From Laetmonice hystrix (Eukaryota), in NCBI GenBank assembly GCA_965235115.1, contig OZ249445.1, positions 10,354,001 through 10,418,000 on the forward strand: a stretch of 64,000 nt of DNA. Reading direction: 5' to 3'. Of the stretch, positions 11,541 through 24,100 are shown piece after piece. The notes under the pieces are model-generated. The model made no database searches. It was not told the DNA's origin and saw nothing but the letters and a program-made list of their open reading frames with translations. How positions within the stretch are numbered: the first letter of the stretch is position 1; every line of letters begins with the position of its first letter. Position numbers and translations under genes: made by a program.

Positions 11541-13290
11541 GTAGTTGCCCTGGCTGGTCCTTACTCATTATGATGAGAGTTAAAATTAATCTACAAATAT
11601 ATTAAAGCCTGCTCCCCTGCATCCCCCACTGTGTCTGATAAATATCAGCGTTCAGATTAAGCCCCGCTGTTCCGTGGTAAAACGGACGCCGATGTTATCT
11701 ACTGTTTTATATTGGCTAGCTTTCATAGTTACTGTCAATGGTTCATGGAATTAGAGAAAGTTGCAAAATAATTGATTGCCTTTCTTCCTTTCTCATTATG
11801 TTAATGAGAATAATGTTGCTAATATAATGTTAATGGTTCACGAGATTAAATAAAGTTTAAAGAAAATTGAGACATTGCTCTTTTTCTTTCGCATCATGAC
11901 ATAACCCGTGCCTACTTCTAGCATCGACCTGGTAACTGAATAAGAAAAATTGATCTGACAACTTCGGTTTTCCGGGGGTCTAATGGGGGTGTGATATTTT
12001 AGTATAGAAATCCATGCAACCGGTGATACCTGAAAATGTATCCCTGTAATATTGCTATTCCAGAAGCATTAATTAATATTGGGGGGGGGGGGGAGGAGGG
12101 AGCAGACCCCACCCCCCCCCCCCCAACTCTTGAGTGGGGCGCGGTAAGTACCACAACTCTGGACATCGTTTTCTATAGGTTGTGGCACATTACACCGATA
12201 TTCTCCAACCTTCATACACAGGTTCACAAAATGAATGATTTAGAGGTACGCGAGTGCTTAGTTAAAGGGGTAAACACTTACTTGTAAATGAAACATATTT
12301 TAGTTTCAGTTGGCGGTCTTCAACACGTGTACAAGTTGCCCGATCACTCTTCCCATATATTCTGTGTCCACCCCAAATATAGCTCCCGCAACAAAGTGCT
12401 TCCCAGGCCACGTGCAGCAGTCACCTGCTGGAAATATTCGTACAATAAAACGTTATATGAAGAGACATAATATATAAGTGGGGGAGGCACGCTGATTCTA
12501 CCAGGTCTCCGTGACAAATATTTCAATCGGGACCACTTGTTCAAACGTAAAACTCAAACGTCGATCTATTTTGTGAAAAGCGTCGACGAATTTGTCTCTG
12601 CGCAAAAAAAGGAAACCCTGGACGTGCTGTCAAATCTTACTCAGTGGACTTACCTTACTGTCTGTCATTATATCGGCCAATATTCCTGGAGTTTGGTCCA
12701 TTTTCATTACCCAACGGAGCTCAACATTGTCATGTCCACCATGTAGTCTTTGGTCACGTGGTACCGTTCACTTCCACCTGTACAGGTTGTACGTGGTACG
12801 AATATAACTGGCTGGGTGCAGGCCGACTCTCCTCTCACCAGTCCCGATCGTCGACACGTTATGTAATAATCGGTGGTCAGGGGGCCGCCATTCAAACATG
12901 TTCTAAAACTTAGGCGAAAGTTCTAAAAATGGCCACGGTAATACCACTGTCTCGGTGAATGGAAAGAGTCGGACTCCACCTTTTCTAGAAGTTCTAGAAG
13001 TTCACTACTTATTCCAACCTCGCTGGGTCTTCTCCATCTTAGAAAAATTTATAGCCGATTCCGTGCAAAATAGATCCGAATTTAAAAACATCGGCCAATG
13101 ACACGAACCCCTGACTTGAGCATGTCTTGTTTGCAATCCAACGCACGTTTGCCTTTCTCGAGTCCAGTATTCAACTACAGGGGGGGGGGGGCTATATTTA
13201 TAGACATGATGCCTATTGTTATATATGAATATATATGATATTATAAATTATATTATTAAGTGGTTCTTTAAAAATCCCGCCAGCTGTGGG

Positions 13291-13384
13291 CAGAGAGACA
13301 GAGAGAGAGAGACAGACAGACAGGCAGAGTGAGAGACAGAGAGAGACACAGAGTGAGTGAGTGAGTGAGAGTGTGACAGTGAGA
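13291..13384. repeat. Compound (GA/CA/GT) microsatellite
   Basis: cagagagacagagagagagagacagacagac...gagtgagtgagtgagtgagag. Confidence 0.9.
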
Positions 13385-14161
13385 TAGGACGCAGAGGGGC
13401 GATTCACGCTAAGAGCTCTTTATTCAGAAATGTGTCATCGGAAATCGTGGGTACGATTTACAGATTCACTATGCATACTTCCAATCGTCTGATGTTCAAA
13501 CTGAAATGACTCTGCAACAATAGCACTAAATCAGTTGTGTAGGACAACAATTGATAATGACAGCATTTATGCTATTCACTTTCTGAATTTTTACAAGTGT
13601 ACAGGCCTACCAGCCTCCACGACAACGGTCTATCTCCCCCTCCCCTTACCCCCCCCCCCCCCCCCCCCCCAGTAAAAATTAAATAAATTAATAAATAAAT
13701 CTTGGTTCTGGGCCAGCCCTCTATTTGAATCAACGCATGAAAAATTATTCTATGTTTGTTTCAAGTTCTTTTACCGGAGCTGTTAATCTTCTGCTGGTTT
13801 GTCTTCAATAAGATAAAGTTAAAGAGAATATAAAATACGATAATGTGCAGAAAAAATACTTCTACCTCTTAATGTTAATATGACCACCTGGTTGTTTGAG
13901 AATATGGCGCGCAAGTATATGTAAATGAGCAGAAATAGCCTCGAAACGCGTCAGTCTGGCACCTAAACGATTGTTACGTCAAAATTTCCCCACTTGTTTA
14001 ACATAGGATGAGAAAAGACATTTTTAAACATCGACCAGATTTTTGTCAATTTTGACATCTAAAACCTGAAAAGTATTTTTTTCATACGTAAAACCGGTTG
14101 CTGCTCTAGTTTTGTAAGGTAAGAAAATGAAAGCGCCCTAACAATGAAATAATTATAATAA

Positions 14162-14822
14162 TTAGAAGTTGACAGTTGTGCTCCTATATGGGAGTCGAAA
14201 TGCTAAGGTGACGAGACTACGATCGCCTGGGTGCCAAACTTGGCTGTTCTCGAGTTTTCTCCTGTTGTCTTGTGACCCACTTGCGCCCCCTATATATTAC
14301 ATAAAAGATACTCATCTTATACCCTAAATTAGGTACACATATCATCGTTTTCTTTTGACTAGTGACCAACGACCGTCTTTTTCAATTCAATGGAAAATAT
14401 CCCAAATGAAAATACCCAAAATGTAATTGTGGATTGAATCTTTTAGTCACTAACGTAGTTTCAGGTGCAGACGACTTGAACTTCTCTGCACACGTGACAG
14501 TTTTTAAAACTACTGTAATATACCGAGTAACATACTTATTCTCTACTATATACCTTACAAATGGTAGACTCTGGGCTGTTACACCGGTAATTCTGTTGCA
14601 GCTTTGAAACCAAGCCTCATTCAGTTTGCAATATACTACTGGAAAACCTCCGTTCTGCAAACAAATGGAAACTGTGTCAGCGGTTAAAGCATTGTTTGCG
14701 AATCAAAATATAGATAGGGACACAAAGAAGGTTTCACCCAATATTACCGACGGTTGTAAATGAGTGCTGCTTCTTGTTCTTGTCAACAAAAACCAGGGTG
14801 TAGTATCTCCAGGTACTCTCGC
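14162..14822 (-). CDS. Candidate compact spliced ORF of unknown product (exons 14748-14822, 14559-14654, 14455-14485, 14162-14289)
   Basis: Four GT-AG-bounded segments with introns of 93, 73 and 165 nt join in frame (phases 0,0,1) to ARVPGDTTPWFLLTRTRSSTHLQPSNGGFPVVYCKLNEAWFQSCNRITGVTAQSLPFRSSSRLHLKLRGASGSQDNRRKLENSQVWHPGDRSLVTLAFRLPYRSTTVNF*. No start exon found and no family recognised. Confidence 0.4.
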
Positions 14823-16923
14823 CTGAAGCACACTGAGAACAACTGATCAATACCTACACCGGCTGAGATCTATCACCGGCTTAGCCATATCACCGGCTGA
14901 AATGTATAACCTGACAAAGTAGATCAAGTACCCGGTAATATATCGAGTGCTAATCCTTTATCCAGGTCACGATATATTCCCAAAATTATACTGTGCCTCA
15001 AAATATAGGAGTTGATACTTTTATCAGGATCACATATTCCGGAAACATATAGACGAAGAATGAACGCACCAATAATGTGAACAACCGAACCTCTTATGGT
15101 GTACTTTGTCCCCACCTTTAAACAAATTGTAAAGCGATAATAGTGCAATATGAGAAGCACAATTATGTCAATCAATCAAATCGATGTCGTCCCACTATTA
15201 ATACCTATGGACAACATTACCCATGTGCACTAAATATGTATATATAAAATCATATATAAAATAATCTACGACCTTTTACATCATATTCATATATGTATAT
15301 GTATAGTTTCATACATATGCATATACAAAACCTTTTTATTATCAGCAGGGAAGCAAGCAATGGGCCAGTTCCGGGTACCCCGGTATATGGAGTGGGCCCA
15401 CAAAAAAATCATGTTATAATGCCACACCCGCATGGGCTATAATAACACCGCATAATAAACAATGGCCAAACATGCACAGGGTTTGACAGCGATGCCTCCA
15501 TAAATAAAGGTTTTTGAATATAATGACGGGCTTTATATCGTCGTGAAATCTAACCGACGTCAACATCAACACTTGTGCGCGAACACAAAGCTGCTTCACT
15601 TGTGTGAATAATAATAATAATACGAGGAGTCTGCTCTCGGTGTGCTTCTAATCATGTTTATAATGTATTTACAATGATGCCAGATGTGTCTATCTCAAGC
15701 CTTTAGGGAATGATCAATAATATTCCCTTTCATATCACGTGTTAGTCTTCACTGTTAGCAATTACTAGAAAAAGTCTGGTTTCTTCCTCATTTCTAACCC
15801 GTTATTTGAGCAGGGAGGTTTTTTTCTTTTCATTGCTGGTTAAAATATATGTACACGACTGTATTCTGTACTATACGACATGGTGGCGTGTAGCACGTTT
15901 CACTAGTTGCACAGGTCGTACGACTCGCCCATTGATATACCCTAAGGGCACGGGAATATACCTGCAATATATCTCAAACGTCTTCTATAATACTCCGTTC
16001 AAAACACGGTGAAGGAACACGGGCAATGTCTAACATGAACTGACACGTGTGACCCAGAGTAACAACTTTTACCACACACCTATACCAACATAAATACACA
16101 CTGATATGAATAAACACAATTGTTATTTGCAACTCTGCCTGGTAATGAAATACATCCTGTGCATTCCATTGATAGTGCCCCATAAATTAGACACCTCTGT
16201 ACGCAATAATGCGTCTGAGCACAATGCTTAAGGACACTGTAATAACTATGTACACGTATTATATATATATGTTCTTATTTCAAAGGTTGGCCAGCCCCAC
16301 CCCTCACAGCCATCGACCTTGCTATACACAATTAAGTCTACAAATTTACAGCTCCCTACTTACCTTCTAACCGAGGCTACAATACTTGATAACGACATTT
16401 AATATGCCCTCCTACCTCGTCCTCGCTAATCTTCACGCCAACATTTGATGATGATAATAATAATTATGATCGGAATCTATCACTTCTGAAGTAACGTCCA
16501 CTTAATATCAAACATTATTCGAGCGTAGACTACTGAAGAGCAAAATGATTACGCAGCAACAAGGTCACAGCTAAGCTGAGGTTAGAACATCACATTTTTA
16601 GTAACTACATATTTAACATTTTTAATGGCTAGAAGGCAAGAGTGTGCAACGTCGATGAAAAATTCACGAGTGAAATTGTTAAATAGAACATTTCAATAAA
16701 AGTCGGGACATTCCCGACAAAGCTCAACCATACAAAAACTGCTTCACCGACTTAAAGTTTTAATTGAAACAAATCTGGAGCTCTCCATGAGCCATACTCG
16801 TTACTCCTCTCTCCATGAACTGAACGAGTGTGGTTTCAAATGTTTTTAAGGTAAGCACATCTCAAGGTGGCCTGTTCATCATCCGGTAGGTATATACAGA
16901 CTGTGGGAGTTAGTGGTGCCATG

Positions 16924-17143
16924 CAGGGCATCCGCCAGAGGGGGGGACGGGGGGGATTTATCCCCCCCATGATTGAGACATGGGGGGGATATCCCCCCCA
17001 TAAATCTGCGGAGCAGTGTTTTTTTTAAGCTATTCTCGCTCTGAGAGGCCAGGAAAACGCATCTCCGGAGTTCATGAAAAAAAAAATTTCTGGGGGAGGG
17101 CCCCCCCGTCCCCCCCATTAATTATTTTCTGGCGGAAACCCTG
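16924..17143. mobile_element. MITE, CAGGG ends, 5-bp target duplication
   Basis: cagggcatccgccaga...tctggcggaaaccctg; CCATG at 16919-16923 and 17144-17148. Confidence 0.8.
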
Positions 17144-17149
17144 CCATGT

Positions 17150-17612
17150 CATGGCCGTATTTAGGGGGGGGCTGAGGGGGCTGCAGCCCCCCCCCCCCAA
17201 CCAAAATCAAGTCAATTTTTTGTTCCTCTTGTATCAGTGAATGTTTGTATGACGAGGAGAATCCAAAATATACGCTGGTACATAACAGTCCAGCTTTAAC
17301 CCAGCAGGTCTAGGCCTAAAACTGTAAAAGTGTAAGCTAATCATGGGAAGCACCATGCCTCTCTTGAAATGCTTAATAGGGGGGCCCGGGGGGGCCTAAA
17401 CCCCGCTAGGTGAGTTCACCAGGCATTGACAAATCAGTCATTTTCTGTCCCAGGTGCCGGGAAATCGCATCTCCGGGCTTCCTAATTTCAAAATTTTCTG
17501 GGGGAGTACCCCCCGACCCCCTCCTTTTCGTTTACTCGCGCCTGCGGCGCTCGATGATGCGCGCCTACGGCGCTTGTCAGCCCCCCCTGAAACAATCCTG
17601 GCTACGGCCCTG
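17150..17612. mobile_element. MITE, CAKGGCCGTA ends, 5-bp target duplication
   Basis: catggccgta...tacggccctg; CATGT at 17145-17149 and 17613-17617. Confidence 0.8.
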
Positions 17613-18014
17613 CATGTATTGCTGGTTTTGTACCATAGACCGACCCCCGTGGATATGGCACCAATAGACCGACCGCGCCCCGACTGTATGGGTGTTATGT
17701 ATATCGGACTATGTATGCCGTACGTAGGGATGTATGTGTGTGTATGTATGTACAGTTGCTTCAGCTACCTAAAAGATCCGTGTGGACGTGATATGTGTTT
17801 GGCGGCGTTAGACTCCACACGTGACGTCACGGGTTAACAGAGAGCCGACGTCACGGCAATACACAACCGAGTGGAAACGACGACGACGACGACGAGAGGG
17901 CGCGGTGAAGGTGAGAAGGCGCGGATAACGACGACAACATGTAGTTGGACGTCGCCCAGAGAGTTATGTGGACATTGATGACCGAGGCTTCAGGTCGTCG
18001 TACCACGGTCACTC

Positions 18015-18122
18015 CTAGATTTCGTGCAGATACTTGAGGGGACACGGAAAACGAGATTTCAGCTCATCGCAAGTCCTAATCAACACCATCCCGTCTTCTT
18101 CTTCAGCCTCTTGTATAACAAT
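18015..18122 (-). CDS. STAC: STAC terminal exon, end of second SH3
   Basis: tatag|IVIQEAEEEDGMVLIRTCDELKSRFPCPLKYLHEI*; phase 0; 108 nt. Confidence 0.9.
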   Translation of the reverse strand: MVIQEAEEEDGMVLIRTCDELKSRFPCPLKYLHEI

Positions 18123-21100
18123 CTATAATATTATACAGTAACAAAGTCAGGAACATTTGCTCAAGGGGGAATCGTTCGCTGGCTTGAACAAGCTTTGAAT
18201 CTGGGAACACGGCAACTCCCTTCTGCCGAAATGACGATAGTATTGCCTGATCAAGACCTCCGGTTTTATCCATCTATTAACCAGTGTAGCTCATGTGCTA
18301 CATGGGTTAATAAGGCTAATTTGGTGGCCAATTTATTTTGAGTTTACCTTTATCAACCAATGCGCTACTACTACTAGGTCGCTTAACAAACACTAGGTGG
18401 CAGCACCCTCGGTCGATTTCCTATGAGCAGGCGGCCTCTGGCGGTGCAAGCCAGAGCAGATTGAGAGTGGGGGGTTCTTTGCTAATCTCAGGGTGTGCAG
18501 TTAATAGAGAGTTATAGGTGGAAACATGGGTCATGAACAAATAATAATATTAAAATGTAACCTGTACTAAGCTACTGATTTTTCCTTTTAAATCGGAGAG
18601 AAATGTTTCAAGGTCTATTAACGTATTAAAAGCATCTACGTAAATCTATGGGGGCGAAAAGATTATGGTGAAGTGGGTGTGGGATTACCTGATCTTTGAG
18701 TAGTTTCACCCCGTTATCTCCCTCGCTAATCTCTAAGCCTTGTACCACCTGGAGAACCTTCTCTCCCGGATTCACCTTCTCCACGTACTTAGCCGGAAAG
18801 TAGCCCACTTTGCCATTCGCTTTTCCCTAAAACAATATGAAACCAAATTAGTGTAACAATCCTATTATGGTTAAGCCCGACTCCGTCTGATGACTTGATA
18901 TTATGTTCTCCACCAGTGTACACGGCCCGAGCCCAGTAACTGAGTGGGGTGGGGGTGGGGGGTAAAACCCTCCAGTATCTACCTGGTCATGCGTCATAAC
19001 TTATACCCGACTGAGGGCGATCCATGGCCGTGTACTCTGCTCGGAACGGTCAGACAAAGATAGATTAGACAGATCAGATACAGACAGCAATGTCGTGAGT
19101 TATTTAGATTGACAGATCTTAGGACAGACCTAGAGAGAAAGATAGACAGATTACATCATCATAATAATATCAGCCTGCGGTTATACGGTTGTACAGTTAT
19201 ATTCTAATCGAGGGAAACCTCACAATTAAACATATTTTCATACATCTCTTGAGCAATTACATTCCTATAAAGGATTGAATGAATATTAAATGGTTTAGCA
19301 ATTCCTAGAGGACAATTGGATTAACTGATGGATTAATTAATTAAATATCTAAATCGTCGCGTGAAAGACATGTTTACAAACACTGCATGCCGCCATCGGT
19401 TTCTCTACATCTAAAAGGTTGGCACCCATTTGTTCAAACCAACTACACTCGGCAGTAGAATGTTCCAGCATTCTCTTACTGTCAATAAACGACTATATGG
19501 GGTGGTCACGTTGTAAGCCATGAAATGATGGGGTAGAATAATGTAACACGCCATTCCCGCGTCCAGTTGAGCAACATCCACAGCGGAGGCTCTGAATCCA
19601 GTCAACTGACAACCAGAATCAGAAACCTTGTTATCTCAAAGCGGTTTTGTTTGCACTAATTTTTGTAAGTCTTATCCCCCAAATACGGAGTCCTAGTCGC
19701 CAGGCTTGACGTAACAAGGTTTCAAGGATTGGTACACGTAAACGTTTGGACATGAGGCAACATAAGGTGTTCGAAATGTTACGGAAACTTGAAACACACA
19801 TATTTCTAATGGTTGTATAAGGAACATTCGGTGCAGAAGGTGACTGAACATAATGAAAAGGTGACCGACATTAGTGTTTGTATGTAGGTTCACCATTGAC
19901 AAAATACCACACGCAATGCAAGTCACGCTAGGACCACACCAACTTTAGACTGCGGAAAATTCAGGTATGCACAACCATCAGGGGCGCTACTCACTGGAGT
20001 ATACGAAATGAACTGAAAATATTAAGTGAATATCACAATCCATGACATTTTGATTCAGGATATCATGATCATGACAACGTCATATGAACATAAGGTAATT
20101 CAATTGCTATTGGTACCATTTGGAATATTTCTCCCATCCTTCTTTACTTACGACATGATCATATTTTTTTGCTAAGGTCTGATGGTTTGAACGGAGAGTT
20201 ATTTCTGCTTTCGGTGGCATTTGATCTTGAAACATAAAGCTTGATCACCCGTCTGCCTCAAAAAAAAGCCTATCCTCAGTGGAAGGTGACGCTTGAGCGG
20301 CAAATTCCGCAAAACCGTGGCAAGCAAGGACCAATGGTGAGGTCTATCATGCATTATGTTTTTACTAGATGCCACTATAATCTATCTCATCCAATCAAAT
20401 ACTACAGAATTAAACTGTGATGATGGTACTTTTTTCATTTTAGTAGAAAGATCCTATATCCACCAGCATTCTCTACCCTTGTCACTTATTTGTCTCGATT
20501 CGTAATGCCAAGATTCTCTCGATAAGTCAGACATCAAATTCTTTGAAAGCATGCGTTAGAAAGCATGAGGTTGAAGTGTGTAGTGGAGACTAAGAGCTGG
20601 GAGATCCCAGGAAAGCTTGTGCCCGAAGATGTTTGTAGTAGCTATTAAAAAGGAACGCGGATACTTGAACCTACCTTCCACCAATCTGGATCCGATGTGT
20701 CTATGGCGTTAACCCTCCAACCAGCCCTGGAACACAGGAGTAATCACTAAGGCAGGTATCTTTACCATCCCGTTACTCTTTCAACGCATTCTCTGTAGTT
20801 CAGCCTGGTGGAGTGGCACATTTGTACTCTTGGACCTCCCACATGTCTGAGGTGTATAATCAGTGTCCCTGTACGAGCAGGTGATGTTAATATGGAACGC
20901 ATAAAATGCAAGGAATTCAGAGTTGGAGAACTCCTAACTGTCTGAAACTTGAACCTGAACCCTAAACGCCACACTTGAACTTCGAATTTATGAGCATATA
21001 GCAGGGTTGCCTGGCACGAGGTGGGAGGGGATTTGATGCTATGACCAGGAGGTAATTTATGTACCTGAGATCGAGGTCGTCCTTCTCCTTGCCGCGGAAG

Positions 21101-24100
21101 TTGTAAAGGACGACGTAGAGGTTGGTGGGTAGCGTTCGCCGTGACGATGACGACGATGACGACGACGACAGGTTCATCTTGGACGGAGGCGCCTCATTGA
21201 TCTTTTCCATGGAGCCCCGACCCTGCAGTTAAACAGAGCTACAGTTGTCGTCATGATAAATATGTAATCTTACAGGTTAGATATCCTGGGTGAGCTAGGC
21301 CTGAGATATCTGAGTCAAGGACTCACTCTGGTCTACGATGATGCGTCAGATCATCCTTTTGGTTCTTTAATATCAGATTACGGCATACTATGGTTATAGA
21401 CTCTCCTGTCGGTTAATTTGAAAACGGTTGAGTAGTACCGCATGATGCATTAATGGACATTTAGACTGCTTTCCATCATCCTAATGTATTGAAGTCCACT
21501 TACTCTAGTGTAGTTCCACTTACTTCATGCTGATATCTAATATATAACTATACAAATATACATCTACATAGTACATGTAGTATTGTAGATTCCACACGGC
21601 TGGCAGGTAGCACAGGTATAGTGTTATTACTACTACTTCACTAAGAGATCAGCTCTAGGTCATTCCGCATGGTTTCCATCAAACATGCAAGAAGCAGGGT
21701 GTGTGTGTGCATTTTCTTGTTAGGCAGTGAATAGCGACCTGTCTCGTCCCCGTGTCAAGTCAGTGTCTCTCTTATCATAACCTACAGGCAATTAAGTGTT
21801 TGCTTCTTCTTTTAGCTAGCTAGGTATATGAGGTGTTGTGTGTATTCTGTACGTGGGGTGCCTGTATTGGTATGTCTGTAACACTCCATTTGAAGTATAT
21901 GAACGGTCAACTTGAGCATGCGGTTATAACACACCTGCACGGTTTCTCTCCAACACCGTTTTTTCTCTCTCGCAAGCTTGTGAGGTAAACAGCTCTCTAA
22001 TCCATCTCTGGTGATTTCTACTACACCGCTACGTATAATATACAGTTTTTCCTCTGATAACAAGATGGGTTGCAAGCGATCACATGTATGTATAGAATAG
22101 AATGGAGTCTAGACAAACCATCAACCAATCATGGATATCGGACGGGTATCCAGGCACATTCTCCAGGCCGACAGTAAACTATGAGATAAGGACAGCATCA
22201 GACACGTCAGAGAGCGAGTACGTCTGACAGCACACACTTACATCGCGCTGCAACCGGGTGAGGGCATCCTCGGCCGCCTTTGTTTTTCTGTGTGGTATTT
22301 TGGCAGTCATTATTTTATCGGGAACTAAATTAGAATCTTCACGGCCATAGGGAGTAACTAATTGGGAATACTTTCAATGGATGTAAATTCATCTTAGGAA
22401 TTAGCCACCGCACATCCCCACCATTTATTTCCTTACCAAAGGGTACACTAATTACTTGGGACTGAGGGCACTGTTGGATGGCCACATACAAAGAAGAAGA
22501 AAAAAAAAGAAAAAAAGAAGGAACATAATGTAAGAAGGATATAAGAAGGATGAGGATGAGAGAAGATGACCACAGGGTGTCAAAACATTTAAGGCAGGAA
22601 ATGTCTCGGAATGGCTTATGGTAAATGGTATTGTTGAATGTACAAAGAAAGATATGTGTCCCCCAAATCAGTAGAAAGCTGACTAAAGAAATTTATGGGT
22701 TTTACTTCACAATAATGTGCATTATATATACATATATATAGGCCCCTATATATATCATATATATTATTTTATATACAAAAGAAAAGGAATCAATTTTCAA
22801 ACAATGACTGACCGGTGAACTCCCTCCGCGTGGGGACAGAGACTGGTTACTTTTGGGAGAATGGCTGTCGTAGGTATCCTCAATGTCGAGGGAGGTAGAC
22901 CGGTTCCAGAACTTGCTGCGCCGGGCGTACGCTGCAGTGGCCGAGGACGCACCTGGGGCAGGTACCAAGAGGACAATGTTGGTCAGTGAGCGCAGACAAA
23001 TACACCGCTCGCCCGACGGCCACTGACCTGTGCCGTAAAACACCGTTTTTACTGGCTCAGCCCACCACTTCCTCGGTTTTCAGAACCATTTGCAAGCACT
23101 TCTGATTTATGCAAAACTTTCATACATTCGATGATGATCTTATCTTCAATGTGGCAAAATTGCAAACCTTATCTTTTTTTCACATCGGTGAATAGAAAAA
23201 TGTCATCTCATAAATAACGGGAGTGAGCCAGGCTTGATAGAAAAAGTGAAATTGCAATTAACAATGCCAAGAATATTGTACATTCTCAGTCTGCACAAAC
23301 TTAAAATTTTTCAAACCAATTTAATACAATCTATGTCATCACTTATCCAGAAGAAACAGAATAGGTGTTATGTGCAGGGTATAGACCCAAATATAAAGTT
23401 ACATGGCCATGCGGGTTTGGAAGTCATGCGGGACTAACATGCACTGTGGTGGCGTTGGTGAGTTCTGGGAGAGCCGGGAGCAGAGCGGGGGTGGTAGACT
23501 TCCTCCGACAGGAGCCGAGAGCCTGGAAGTAAACCACAGAATGGTGGCGGGCGGCGGTGAGACCACAAGGTGGCAACTCAACGTGGCAACTCACAGCGAC
23601 TGGCAATACATGTATACATCTCTTCAAGGTGGCAACGCACACCCGGTGTCAACATACAACCTGACGTGGCAATATACACTTCAAGGTAGCAACTAAGACC
23701 AAGAGGCAATATGGCTTTTATCAAGTGGCTGAGTGTCAATATAGAACATAAATTGGTAACTGAGAATGGGTGGCAATAAACTAAAGTTGGCATTTAAAAA
23801 CGAATGGCTATATAAATCCTACAAGTAGGCTGTGACCTGAGGTGCGACATATAAAATGTATGTGCCCACATAAATAATTAAAAAAAACCACAGACACACG
23901 CGCAAAGAGTTTACGTTTCTACGTAGCACAAGTCCATTTATCCATCAATCAATATGTATGTACGCACAGAATTATATGCTCAAATGTATATATGGCTTAC
24001 ATAATATAGCTTTGTCCTTAAAGAGTCACTCCAACCAAGATTTCCACCAAAACACAAGAAAGGTATATACAAAAAAGAATTTTATCTTTGATTGAAAATA

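Noticed and set aside
12980-13005. TTCTAGAAGTTCTAGAAGTTC as a heat-shock element
   Set aside because: GAA-TTC spacing is 1 nt rather than 2, so it is not a contiguous nGAAn array; probably part of a repeat.
22242-22287. Strong donor (gtaagt) with a 46-nt candidate exon
   Set aside because: 46 nt breaks the frame between phase-0 neighbours. A 36-nt version needs an unusual AAG acceptor, so it is left unassigned.
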